DNA from: Terriglobia bacterium
GTDB taxonomy: Bacteria; Acidobacteriota; Terriglobia; 20CM-2-55-15
DNA length: 64,000 nucleotides
NCBI GenBank assembly: GCA_963664115.2
Contig: CAXWPJ010000005.1
Location: 290,250-354,249 of the forward strand
Reading direction: 5' to 3'
Each line of letters starts with the position of its first letter. Within the stretch, counting starts at the first letter, position 1. The notes under the pieces were generated by a model. That model was given only the letters and a program-made list of their open reading frames with translations, ran no database searches and was not told the origin of the DNA. Shown here in pieces: positions 30,774 to 40,599 of the stretch. Made by a program: the position numbers and the translations under genes.

Positions 30774-31622
30774 TCAGTTCACCGCTGGGGCTGCGATGGC
30801 GGCGGAGGCTTCCGCGACTTTCCGTGCCTCGACTCTTGTGGCCTCGAGAGACCGTTCTAATCCCTGCCGCGGGATCCTGCGAACGAAAGGCGTCACGATC
30901 CATCGGAGCAGGAACGGGACATTTCGGCTCAGGGAGATGGAGTGGCATTCAGCGAACACTCCGTCCTGCCGCTGCTCCAGGCGCCAGTACACGTAAATCC
31001 GCCACATGTACCCCAGGCCTTCTCCCTCCGGCAGAAGCTCTTCATTGGATTCCCCCGCGTTCCGGACTTCCCGAATCTCGGTGGACCTGGACGAGGCGAT
31101 GGCCCGCCTTCCATCGAGCATTCGATAGCCTGCCTCGTGCCACGTGTCCAGCACGATATCCTCGCGGCGCAACCGTTGGTAGATGTTGTTCGAATTGCCG
31201 TCGCCTCCAAGCAGCCTGCTCTCGATGACGCCGGGATATATATCGGGATATTTGTCGTAGTCCAGGAAGACGGTCAGAACATCGTTGATCGTCACGTCGG
31301 GAATGAACATCCCGCCGATCCAGTTGTGGATCATGGCATCGTCCAGGCCGGCATCGCCGACGAGCCTTTCGATAACCAGTTCCCCAGCCTCGGCGGCATC
31401 CAGACGGGTTTGATCCTCTGCCAGCCACAAGAAAACAGACGCGCCATCGTGGCGCCGGGCCATTGACTGCTCAACGCGGTCGATAAACCGGTCGAACGCC
31501 GCCGCGGTTTCAGGCATCAACCTCTGCTGAGAGAACGCCGTTCCTGTCGTGCCTGCGAACAATGTGGCTGTCAGAACGAGCTTTACCGCGGTGTCGATAC
31601 CTGGCTTGAACATCTGGAACAT
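30774..31622 (-). CDS. Secreted protein, START/SRPBCC-like
   Basis: Signal peptide; HNWIGGMFIP..DYDKYPDIY..YMWRIYVYWRLEQRQDGVFAECHSISLSR; 2 nt from the desaturase start. Confidence 0.75.
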   Translation of the reverse strand: MFQMFKPGIDTAVKLVLTATLFAGTTGTAFSQQRLMPETAAAFDRFIDRVEQSMARRHDGASVFLWLAEDQTRLDAAEAGELVIERLVGDAGLDDAMIHNWIGGMFIPDVTINDVLTVFLDYDKYPDIYPGVIESRLLGGDGNSNNIYQRLRREDIVLDTWHEAGYRMLDGRRAIASSRSTEIREVRNAGESNEELLPEGEGLGYMWRIYVYWRLEQRQDGVFAECHSISLSRNVPFLLRWIVTPFVRRIPRQGLERSLEATRVEARKVAEASAAIAAPAVN

Positions 31623-31728
31623 GCCTGAGCGCCTCGGGTTCCGTCTTCGAATGGCAGACCCAACCGGCCTTGCGACTTCTTACTTTACTATCCAGAGAAA
31701 AGGGACGTTATGACAGAACAGTTTAGTA

Positions 31729-31859
31729 GGTACTGTCAAGCTAACTGCTTTCCTGGAGGTTCCACTGATTGACGTGCCAGCTACGTCGCTTCTTTGTCGT
31801 CCTGGCTAGAATTGATTCCGCGTCGAAAAAGAGTGAATTCCCGTCAACTTGACAGTGCC
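31729..31859. mobile_element. 131-bp IS6-type MITE/remnant
   Basis: IRs GGTACTGTCAAGCT / GGCACTGTCAAGTT (12/14), no ORF. Confidence 0.55.
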
Positions 31860-32007
31860 CGCATAGGATGTCAATCAATGTACACTTTCAACCGCCGGGA
31901 GGCCAAAAAGTTTATTCCGGCTGATATGAATGCGAGGGGTGCAACATGACCGATGAACCCGTCCCGCGGCCGCTGACGATACTGGGCGGTGCCTTTCGCG
32001 TCATGGC

Positions 32008-32835
32008 TGATTCTGGTGCAGATAGGATTGTCAGAGCGATAAGACTAGGCGTGCGCTGCGGCGATGCGGACTATGCTGCCATGACGTGACGCCAGATCAC
32101 GGCGGGATTCGACTGCCATGGGACCGGAATTGCGAACTGACGTTTGTGAATCTTCTGCGCCAGCTCGATGCCGATAATGACACGTCGCGCATTGCAGAAC
32201 GTCTTGAATCCCAACATCGGGCGCAAGCGCCCCTTCACCCGGCGGTGGTCCTGCTCCACAACGTTGTTCAGGTATTGACAGCAACGAATTCTCACCGGGT
32301 TCCGCCCCCGGAAGTTGAACTCCCCGTTCATTCCCATGCGCCGCAGCGCGCTATGGCTCGGCTGGTGCCCATCCAGGGTGATGCTGTGTGGTTCCCGATG
32401 ATGCTTCAGTGCCTTGCGAAAGAAGGCCTTCGCCGCCGCGATGCCACGTGTCCGACTCAGATAGAACTCCACGGTGTTGCCCTGTCCATCCACGGCGCGG
32501 TAGAGATACATCCACTGGCCCCGCACCTTGATAAACGTTTCATCAACCCGCCAACTCCCACCCACCGGTCGCTCGAATCGGCGCCAGCGCTTTTCGCAGG
32601 TTTCGGCATAGCGAACGCCCCAACGCAAGATCGTGGTGCGCGAAATCGGCAACCCCCGCTCACCTAAAATCGCGACCATGTCCCGGTAGCTCAGTTTGAA
32701 GCGAAAATACCAGCGAAGGCAGAGGAGAATGATGTCGTCTTCGAACCAACGTCCGGCAAATAGCGGATTCCGTTCAGTTTTGCGATGCGCCATATTCCAT
32801 TATCGCCAATCCTCTTGCCTGTCTGCACCAGAACC
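32008..32835 (-). mobile_element. IS6 family element A2 (828 bp)
   Basis: Diverged inverted isoform of 18139-18966. Confidence 0.9.
32071..32793 (-). CDS. IS6 family transposase
   Basis: WRVDETFIKV, YLNNVVEQDHR. Confidence 0.92.
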   Translation of the reverse strand: MAHRKTERNPLFAGRWFEDDIILLCLRWYFRFKLSYRDMVAILGERGLPISRTTILRWGVRYAETCEKRWRRFERPVGGSWRVDETFIKVRGQWMYLYRAVDGQGNTVEFYLSRTRGIAAAKAFFRKALKHHREPHSITLDGHQPSHSALRRMGMNGEFNFRGRNPVRIRCCQYLNNVVEQDHRRVKGRLRPMLGFKTFCNARRVIIGIELAQKIHKRQFAIPVPWQSNPAVIWRHVMAA

Positions 32836-33070
32836 CCCCTTCGAGAGATTCGCACCATTCAGCATCCTTCCCTCTAGGTTGGCTCCTCCTCAGAACCGCG
32901 CCGCGCAGGTCTCCGTTTCCAAATTCTGCCTCATGGAAATCAGCACCCATGTAGGTTAGTGCCATGAAGATCTGTGGAGCGTTCTGGTCGGTCGTTGGCT
33001 AAAATCATTGCGGCGCTCCTTCTACGCAACCAATCCAGAGCGGCCTTCACATCCTGCCCCATGGGTGACC
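32836..33070 (-). pseudogene. Pentapeptide-repeat protein remnant truncated by IS6
   Basis: TDLHGTNLHG / ADFHEAEFGNGDLRGAVL across frameshifts. Confidence 0.45.
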
Positions 33071-33272
33071 CAGCGCCGGCACCTGTCAGCGACTTCCGAC
33101 CAATCGTCACGTGCCTCTCCCGCCGGACGGATACCGGACGAACGTGCAGAAGAGACTGTAGATCTGGGTGCAGCAATCCGCACTGTGCTCGCGACCAAGG
33201 GTGCCGAGCGTGCGAATCCCTGCAAACCGTACCGAGAGCAATAGCACATCCTCATGGGTCAAACGACCGCGT

Positions 33273-33701
33273 CTACCCTGCGATTCCGAGCGCTCCAATG
33301 TAGCGAACCTTGAGACTGGGCAAACGCTTGTTGGCCCGGTTAACTAGTTTTTGGTCAGCGGTGATTACCACCGATGCCGTCACCTCGGCGCATGCCAAGT
33401 AGAGACAGTCATACACCGGATGGTCGATCGTCACGGCGAGCTGCGCGGCACGCTCGATGAGGTCGCTGCCGGAATGAAGTGTGACGATCTCTGGAAGACT
33501 CGCGAGTTCGTCAAAGTACGGCTGCGCGTCCGAGATTTCGCCTCGCCGGACCTTTTTCCAGATGGTGTTCGCGAACTCAGCCAGCAGAATATCGGGGGCG
33601 TGCAGATCGAGCTGATCACCCAGCAACTGCCGCGCCTCCTCACACTGGGGCTCGGTCACGAACCACTTGATGACGACGCTGGCGTCGACGGTCAGCTTCA
33701 C
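33273..33701 (-). CDS. vapC: VapC PIN-domain toxin
   Basis: VDASVVIKW..E..APDILLAE..VYDCLYLA..ITAD. Confidence 0.9.
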   Translation of the reverse strand: MKLTVDASVVIKWFVTEPQCEEARQLLGDQLDLHAPDILLAEFANTIWKKVRRGEISDAQPYFDELASLPEIVTLHSGSDLIERAAQLAVTIDHPVYDCLYLACAEVTASVVITADQKLVNRANKRLPSLKVRYIGALGIAG

Positions 33702-33934
33702 CGATCCCGATCTTCGCGCAACAGCGTGACGCTGTCGGTTTGGGACGTATCAGCAGTCATGGCTGCGATCTGCCGCGTTCGCTCGCGAAAATCGGCGATG
33801 TGTTTACGGCGCCCCACCCGTTGCGTCAGCACATGGCGGACCTCTCCCTCCAGCGATCGCTCGTTCGCCTTAGCCTCAGCCTTGAGCCCCGCGATCACCC
33901 AATCGTCAAGATTACGGACAGTCAGATTACCCAA
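33698..33934 (-). CDS. FitA-like RHH antitoxin
   Basis: TTG start after GGAG; NLTVRNLDD..LK..A..NERSLEGEVR; overlaps vapC start. Confidence 0.85.
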   Translation of the reverse strand: MGNLTVRNLDDWVIAGLKAEAKANERSLEGEVRHVLTQRVGRRKHIADFRERTRQIAAMTADTSQTDSVTLLREDRDR

Positions 33935-33968
33935 GCCTTCTCTCCTTCCACGGTACACGTGCCAACGC

Positions 33969-33980
33969 TATGCTAGCATA
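33969..33980. promoter_or_regulatory. Putative TA autoregulatory operator
   Basis: Perfect palindrome TATGCTAGCATA about 35 bp upstream of the antitoxin. Confidence 0.5.
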
Positions 33981-34119
33981 TTGCATCCAAATTGATTTCT
34001 GGTGGATCTGACATCGGTACCTGCTTTTGAGGCGGTCCAGAGATTGAGTACAAAGATGGACTACGACGCGCTCGTCACATTCGTACAGGAGCACTTTACC
34101 GACGGTCTCGCATTGGTGG

Positions 34120-35223
34120 CGCGTTGTTGCATGGATCGGGGCGGAGATGGAATTCGCCCTTTCCCAAGCGGTAGCGTCAGGCGGTGCGTTCGAACACAGG
34201 CCGTCCGAGTGCGGTCATTGTGTTCAGAACTTTCTGGCCGACCTTGATTTCCGTGATTTGCCTGGAGAAGCTGCGGGATTTGAGTCTGGGGCCGATCACG
34301 CTCTTCCAACGGCCGATCTGCGTTTCTATCCGGCTGCGCTGGTTGTACCCTGTGGCCGCCTGCCAGGCCATGCGGCCGTTGCTGCGGATCTGGGCAATAT
34401 GGCGATCCCTAACGGTTGGATCCCGCGCCGATTGCGGTCGGGTCACTGCGTTCTTTGGCGGCGGTATAACCACATCCAGGGTCTCCCCATACCGTTCCCT
34501 CAGCAGATCCCGTGTGGACGCTCCATCATAGGCACCGTCCGCCAGAAAGCCCGTGACAGGGGCATCGAGTTGATCCAGGAGCCCGGGTAAGGCGGTGCTG
34601 TCTCCAGCGTCATCGTGAGTCAGATTGGCGCAAACAATCGCACCGCTGGCCAGGTCCAGTCCGAGGTGGAGTTTGCGCCAGCGGCGGCGTATTCCCCTGG
34701 TTTTATGCTTCTGCGCGAGCCATTCTCCTTCTCCGAAGATCTTGAGGCCGGTACTGTCCACCACCCGATGGACAGGCACAGACCCGGCTTGCCTCACCGC
34801 CTGAGCGATGCTCAAGCCGTTTGCACGACGCGACAGTGTGGAGTAATCCGGCACCCGTATATCCAGCCCCATGAGCGTGCCGATGGATCCCATAAGTCCC
34901 TGAGTCTGTCGCAACCCCAGCCGATACGCCGTGCGCAGCGTCAGGCATGTCTCGATCGCCAGATCCGAGTATCTCCACTGGCCACCCCGTGACGTGCGGC
35001 GCGGCGCGCTCCACACACTTTGAGCCTCATCACTGACCCAAATCGTCAGATCACCCCGCTGGCGCAGGCTCTCGTTATATTCTGCCCAGTTGATCACCCG
35101 GTACTGCGCCTTATCAAACTTGTGCCGTCGCGCTGCGTTGAACTTATGTGGCATCCAGGTTATCCCCTGTGTTGAAAAACACGATGATAAGGCATCCTTC
35201 GGGATGATCCATGCAACAACGCT
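34120..35223 (-). mobile_element. IS5 family element, copy 2 (1104 bp)
   Basis: Near-identical inverted copy of 22491-23594; truncates the 5' end of the outer intron. Confidence 0.9.
34177..35154 (-). CDS. IS5 family transposase
   Basis: MPHKFNAARR... 325 aa. Confidence 0.92.
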   Translation of the reverse strand: MPHKFNAARRHKFDKAQYRVINWAEYNESLRQRGDLTIWVSDEAQSVWSAPRRTSRGGQWRYSDLAIETCLTLRTAYRLGLRQTQGLMGSIGTLMGLDIRVPDYSTLSRRANGLSIAQAVRQAGSVPVHRVVDSTGLKIFGEGEWLAQKHKTRGIRRRWRKLHLGLDLASGAIVCANLTHDDAGDSTALPGLLDQLDAPVTGFLADGAYDGASTRDLLRERYGETLDVVIPPPKNAVTRPQSARDPTVRDRHIAQIRSNGRMAWQAATGYNQRSRIETQIGRWKSVIGPRLKSRSFSRQITEIKVGQKVLNTMTALGRPVFERTA

Positions 35224-35552
35224 CATGAGAGGCGGCCTGAGCTTGCCATGAGGCGGTTGAGCGGAACGTGGGAACCTGAACTCCGATGCTAACGGAGAAG
35301 CCACAAGTGGAAGAACCACGAGGGCGAGAGTACGGATGCGGAGTTCAGGGACGGATCATCCAGTAGTAGTGCTGAAGCTCTTGTAATGAGAGTGGAGCGA
35401 AGGGGATGAGCCAGCTCGCTCTTTAGAACAGGCCAGCCGCGCAAGCGGGAGGAGCCGGATTCTGCGGGCGTCGGCCTACCATCGAGAGGTGGTCGGCGAA
35501 TGGCTGGCAAGAGCCGTGTGAGTTGAGAGGCTCACGCACGGTTCTGTGAGAG

Positions 35553-37490
35553 TTGCGCCTTGAAAGCGCATGAAGTCTAGTCGCCTGAAATGGCGCCCGT
35601 GGCAAAGCTTAGCCCGCAGCCACGAACCGAGTCTTGCGTGGGGGCCGGTAACGGTCACTGCGAAGCGTAGACAGGGAGGGAGTAGGCCGGAACGCAAGTG
35701 AACGGAAAGATAGCCCCGAAATCGATCGTGGTTGAAGTAGCCGACCTTGTCTCTCTATGGGGAAGGCGGAATCGCAGGGCGTGCAATGGCAAGCGTTCTG
35801 GGGTGCTTCCGGGGTTCGTACCGCCGGCATATAACTGAGAGATTTCATGGGAACAAGGGAGATCCGTCAGGCTCAAGCGGAGCTTGTAGGGTTGGACAAG
35901 CCCACAACGTGAGGACAACCCGAAGGCCTGGCGGAAGTCAGACTGACTGATAGTACTCCGAGGTCGGGAGAACCGATCACATGGGGAAGCGGTCAGCGGA
36001 AGAGGAATTGTTCAAGGGAAACAGGGGCTCCATTCAATGGGAGGATTCGGCCCTCTATACAACGAGAGGAACTGCCAGTCATGGAAACGAAACTGGAACA
36101 AATAGCAGCGAAAGCTCGGAGTGAACCCAAGCTCCGGTTCACATCGCTGGCGCATCATGTCACCCGAGAGAGGGTGTGGAAGAGCCTTTGTGCGATTCCA
36201 CGGAACTCTGCTCCCGGATGTGATGGCCAGAGAGTGCCGGAGGCGAAGGAAGAATTCGGGGACTGGGTGGAGCCGATGCTCGAATCGGTACACCGGAAGG
36301 GATATCGCGCACCGCCGATTCGGCGAGTGTATATCCCCAAGCCCGGCAAACAGGAGAAACGTCCCCTGGGCGTGCCTTGTGTTCAAGATCGGGCCCTTCA
36401 GCGCAGCGTGGCCGAGGTGCTGACAGCCATCTACGAACAGGACTTCTTGCCTTGTTCTTTTGGTGGTCGGCCTGGGCTGGGTGCGCACTATGCACTGGCA
36501 ACCCTGCATGAGGTGATTGCTGGGCGCAAGGTGAGTTGGGTGTTGGAGGCAGACCTGAAGAACTTTTTCGGGAGTTTAGACCATGGATGGCTACTCCGCT
36601 TTGTGGAGCATCGAGTCGGAGATCCGCGGATCATCAGCCTGATTCGACGATGGTTGAAGGCGGGGGTGTTCGAAGACGGAGAATTGCATCCCAACGATGA
36701 GGGAACCCCACAGGGTGGGTCGATCAGCGTTCTGCTGAGCAATCTGTACCTGCACTATGTGCTCGACCTGTGGTTTGACCGGATGGTCCGGCCACACCTG
36801 AAAGGTGAAGCCTATCTGGTGCGGTACATCGACGACTTTGTGGTGTGTTTCCAATATTGGGACGATGCGCTTCGTTTTCAGAACGTGCTGCGCAAGCGAT
36901 TGGGAAAGTTTGGGCTGGTTCTGGAACCGACAAAGACAAAGCTCGTTGAATTCGGTCGCTTTGCTCAGCGGGATGCGGGCAAGCACGGGAGAAAACGTCC
37001 AGAAACGATCTACTTTCTGGGCATGACCCTGTACTGCTCGCAGAATCGCAAAGGCAATTTCCGGGTGGGATTGCGCACTGAGAAGTCTCGACTTCAACGC
37101 AGTCTGGCCCATCTACGCGATCTGATGAGACGAATGCGTCACTTGCCGGTCCGGGAGCAGGTTCAGAATCTGAATCGGGTCTTGCGTGGTCACTACGCCT
37201 ACTACGGCATCGCCGGAAACTTCCGGGCCCTCCAGCACGTTGCTCGGGTCGTGGAGCGTTACTGGCGCAAGATGCTGAGCAGCCGGAGTCGCGCTGGTTA
37301 CGTCCGGTGGGAGGTATTCAACCGGATTAAGACGCGCTTTCCGTTGCAGCGGCCCAAGCTGGCGCTTCCGTATCGGGAGTTCCAGTCTCTTGCTGTGTTG
37401 TGAATCCGTTTCTGAAGAGCGTGGTGCGGGAAATCCGCACGCTACGTTCTGTGGGAGCCGGAGGCGGGTGACCGCCTCTGGCGACCCGGT
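35553..37490 (+). mobile_element. Inner RT-encoding group II intron
   Basis: 5' TTGCG (GUGYG variant); DV GAGCGTGGTGCGGGAAATCCGCACGCTACGTTC 37417-37449; DVI ending GACCCGGT. Confidence 0.85.
36081..37403 (+). CDS. ltrA: Group II intron reverse transcriptase/maturase (no En domain)
   Basis: YIPKPG..RPLGVP..DR, EADLKNFF, GTPQGG, RYIDDF, FLG, X domain LRGHYAYY; 440 aa. Confidence 0.93.
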   Translation: METKLEQIAAKARSEPKLRFTSLAHHVTRERVWKSLCAIPRNSAPGCDGQRVPEAKEEFGDWVEPMLESVHRKGYRAPPIRRVYIPKPGKQEKRPLGVPCVQDRALQRSVAEVLTAIYEQDFLPCSFGGRPGLGAHYALATLHEVIAGRKVSWVLEADLKNFFGSLDHGWLLRFVEHRVGDPRIISLIRRWLKAGVFEDGELHPNDEGTPQGGSISVLLSNLYLHYVLDLWFDRMVRPHLKGEAYLVRYIDDFVVCFQYWDDALRFQNVLRKRLGKFGLVLEPTKTKLVEFGRFAQRDAGKHGRKRPETIYFLGMTLYCSQNRKGNFRVGLRTEKSRLQRSLAHLRDLMRRMRHLPVREQVQNLNRVLRGHYAYYGIAGNFRALQHVARVVERYWRKMLSSRSRAGYVRWEVFNRIKTRFPLQRPKLALPYREFQSLAVL

Positions 37491-37522
37491 CCTCGGGGTG
37501 AAATTCCCCGGGGCGACTCGAC

Positions 37523-37681
37523 CACATGATCCGGAAGGGGCAGGCGCGGTGGGTGAGCGGTTCGGAAGTTCGGCGACAGATTCAGTGCATCAACCAGCTG
37601 TTCGAGGTGGCTGCATGAGACGGAGCTCGGTCGATCCAACCAGTCGCTCTCTTGCTGTTTTTTGAAAGTTGCAACACATCC
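37523..37681 (+). mobile_element. 3' remnant of IS6 element (3' exon of outer intron)
   Basis: Highly similar to 44368-44526 including IRR AAAGTTGCAACACATCC. Confidence 0.85.
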
Positions 37682-38103
37682 GGTGAAGGCAGTGCGATGG
37701 TCGGTCACCATGATCGCAGTGGCGGCGGCAACACATCGTGGAATTCCGCCCACGCTTCCAGGGGGTGCAGCCAGGACGCACTCCGTGGTTCGGGCGGTGA
37801 TGGACTCCTGTACTGTTTCGCTACCGATTAGTAAATTCCAGGACAGCCCCCGGAATCTCGCCGGCAGCTCCCACCGGCGCGTCCGGGAGACCGATCGCCT
37901 GTCCGGATGGAGGCAGCCACGAGTGCAGTCATTCCACCTTCCTGCATGACCGCTGAACCACCTATGTGAACTGTGTCCAAGACCGCTTTGTCTCGTGCGC
38001 GGCGCCGCCCGGTGGCAGTCCGAGAGACGGCGTTTACAAGCGTGCTACCACCATTCGCTTGACAGGTGTGTATCCAATGGATCTACTGATTAAACTGATT
38101 AAT

Positions 38104-40599
38104 ATGTATAGTGTCATCTCTTTCTTCTCCCCTCGCGCGCTATCCGGCGACCATGTGGTCGCTACCCCAAGACAGAGAATCGAAAGGCACTTATGGGTGA
38201 TTTTCGTCCTGTTGTTGCTGCCGACGGCCTCTTTCGCACAGGAGGGGACGGCAATTGTTGCCGGCCGCATTCTGGACGGCGCCAACGGGTCGGCGGTCGG
38301 CTTCGCGACCGTGCTCATCGAGAACCCCACGGGAGAGCCTCTGTCGGGTGTGCTTGCTGGAGAAGACGGCCGCTTCCTGATCGAGGGTCTGGCGCCCGGC
38401 AACTACACGATCGAGATCTCGTTTCCCGGGTTTTTCCCCGCCGAGGCCAACGTGCTGGTCTCCGAACTCAACCCGTCTTACGACCTGGGGGATATCGGCC
38501 TCGTGCGTCAGGTGGTCGAGCAGGAGATTACGGTCACGGCAGAGGCGATCCGGGTGGCCGGCATAAACACCGAGCTGTTCCGGCTCGACGAAGGACCAAC
38601 CCAGTCGACGGGATCGCTGCTCGATGCGATGAGGAACCTTCCGGGTGTGACGATCGACCAAGATGGCAGAGTCGCGCTTCGTGGTAGCGACCAGGTCTCC
38701 ATCCTTGTTGACGGCAGGCAGTCGAGCCTGACCGGATTTGGAAGTCAACGCGGCCTCGACAGCGTGTCCGCCGCCAATGTGGAAGCGATCGAAATCATCC
38801 ACAATCCTTCGGCGAGCTTTGACGCCGCCGGAATGGCCGGAATCATCAATATCATCTATAGAACGGAAACGGAACTCGGCCTGTCGGGAGATCTTGGCCT
38901 GTCTGTCGGCATCGGCCAGTTCTCCAAGCAGCGTCCCGATCTGCCGACTGATCTCGGCAGCTTTTCGAACAACGGGAAGATCACGCCCAGCGTAAGCCTG
39001 AACTACAACACCGAAGGCGTCCGCAGCTTCGTCCAGACCGAAGTCCTCCTGCAGGACGATCTGCCGAACAACGAGTTCACGACCCGCTTCTATGACGACG
39101 GTCGCGTCATCGAGTCCCAAGTGCCGGAGAACCGCGAGCAGACGCACTACATCGTCCGGGCGGGCTCGGACTTCATCGCCGACAACTCCAACACGTTTTC
39201 GATTTCGGGGATTTACGACTTCGAAACACATACCGACCGCGCGCAGGTCCCCTTCATCTTGGGCTCCACCGGCGAACGCGAGCGATTCTGGTTCTGGCAG
39301 GAAGAGGAAGATACCGGCTTCGCCAACATCAACTTCGATTTCAAGCACGCATTTCCGACACCGGGCCATGAGCTGAACATCAATCTCCAATACACGCGTG
39401 GATGGGAGGACGAGGCGTACTTTCTCAACGAGGAATCCAGGGTTCGGGTGGGTACGGACATGACCCATCTCGTCGCCGAAGAGAACACTCTCCCGCTCGG
39501 CATCGACTACATCCGCCCGCTGGCGAGCGGTCGGCTGGAGTTGGGCACGAAGCTCCAGGCACGCTGGCTGCCGATCACCTACACCGTCGACCGGGGCGTG
39601 CAGAGCGTGATCTATGAAGGTCTTGGCGACTTCTCTGACTGGGACGAGGACATCTACGCCACCTACGCCAACCTGGTCCAGGTAAAGAATTCCTACTCAC
39701 TGGAGGCCGGAGTCCGCATCGAGCAGACCAACGTCGCCTACACGATCCCGGACGAGAACATTTACTACGAAGGCAGCGACGCGTACGACTACTTCGAGGT
39801 CTTTCCCAACGTCAAGTTCACCTACCGGTTGGGCGAGGGGAATCAGCTGATCGCCGCCTACAACCGGCGCATCGATCGACCGGGAGAGCCTGAGCTGCGC
39901 ATCTTTCCAAAGTACGACGATCCGGAACTGCTCAAAGTGGGCAACCCGTTTCTCCGGCCGCAGTTGACCAACGTGTTTGAGGTCGGCTTCGGACGATCAT
40001 GGGACGGCGGTTCCGTCAACACGGCCCTCTACCACAGGGATATCGCAGATGCGTTCCAGCGCGTTTTCGCCATCGACGACACCAACCCGGACTACGACAT
40101 CGTAAACAGGATCTTCGAGAACGCCGGAAACTCCACACAGACCGGGATCGAAGTGATCGTGGAACAGCAGATCACCCCCCCCCCCCCATGGCGTCTATCC
40201 GGAAGCGTCAACTGGTTCACCAACGACATCGAAGCCCTGGAGACCACCTTGCTCTTCCCGACACCGCGGCCGTTCACGCTCGCCGCTTCGAGAGACGATA
40301 CCTGGGATTTCACCATCAATAATCAGTTCCGGCTGCCCCGCGCGGGGGAACTCCAGTTGAGCTACATCCACTACGCTGCCAGGAACGTGCCCCAGGGCCG
40401 GGAGCGCGCACGCTCGTCGCTCGATCTGGCCGCCACTTGGCCCATCATGAATGAACGCGCCGATGTGGTTTTCACCTTCAGCGATATCTTCAACGATTTT
40501 GCGGTGGAACGTGAGATCGACGGTCAAGGCTTTACGGCGGTCTACCAGAATTTACTGGAGTCGCAGGTTGTCAGCGTTGGCCTAAGAACCCGGTTCTAA
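38104..40599 (+). CDS. TonB-dependent outer-membrane receptor
   Basis: Signal peptide, carboxypeptidase-like N domain, plug LPGVTID..LVDGR, GNPFLRP, terminal F; start uncertain. Confidence 0.88.
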   Translation: MYSVISFFSPRALSGDHVVATPRQRIERHLWVIFVLLLLPTASFAQEGTAIVAGRILDGANGSAVGFATVLIENPTGEPLSGVLAGEDGRFLIEGLAPGNYTIEISFPGFFPAEANVLVSELNPSYDLGDIGLVRQVVEQEITVTAEAIRVAGINTELFRLDEGPTQSTGSLLDAMRNLPGVTIDQDGRVALRGSDQVSILVDGRQSSLTGFGSQRGLDSVSAANVEAIEIIHNPSASFDAAGMAGIINIIYRTETELGLSGDLGLSVGIGQFSKQRPDLPTDLGSFSNNGKITPSVSLNYNTEGVRSFVQTEVLLQDDLPNNEFTTRFYDDGRVIESQVPENREQTHYIVRAGSDFIADNSNTFSISGIYDFETHTDRAQVPFILGSTGERERFWFWQEEEDTGFANINFDFKHAFPTPGHELNINLQYTRGWEDEAYFLNEESRVRVGTDMTHLVAEENTLPLGIDYIRPLASGRLELGTKLQARWLPITYTVDRGVQSVIYEGLGDFSDWDEDIYATYANLVQVKNSYSLEAGVRIEQTNVAYTIPDENIYYEGSDAYDYFEVFPNVKFTYRLGEGNQLIAAYNRRIDRPGEPELRIFPKYDDPELLKVGNPFLRPQLTNVFEVGFGRSWDGGSVNTALYHRDIADAFQRVFAIDDTNPDYDIVNRIFENAGNSTQTGIEVIVEQQITPPPPWRLSGSVNWFTNDIEALETTLLFPTPRPFTLAASRDDTWDFTINNQFRLPRAGELQLSYIHYAARNVPQGRERARSSLDLAATWPIMNERADVVFTFSDIFNDFAVEREIDGQGFTAVYQNLLESQVVSVGLRTRF

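Larger units (their letters stand above)
35224..37522 (+). ncRNA. Outer ORF-less group II intron (5'-truncated), interrupted between DV and DVI
   Basis: IIB-like motifs GGAACGTGGGAACC and GTAGTAGTG..GTAATG..GGAGCGAAGGGG; DV GAGCCGTGTGAGTTGAGAGGCTCACGCACGGTTC 35511-35544; DVI CCTCGGGGTGAAATTCCCCGGGGCGACTCGAC 37491-37522. Confidence 0.8.

Noticed and set aside
36081-37403. RT as DGR, retron or CRISPR-associated RT
   Set aside because: Has an X domain and flanking group II DV/DVI; no TR/VR pair, avd or cas genes
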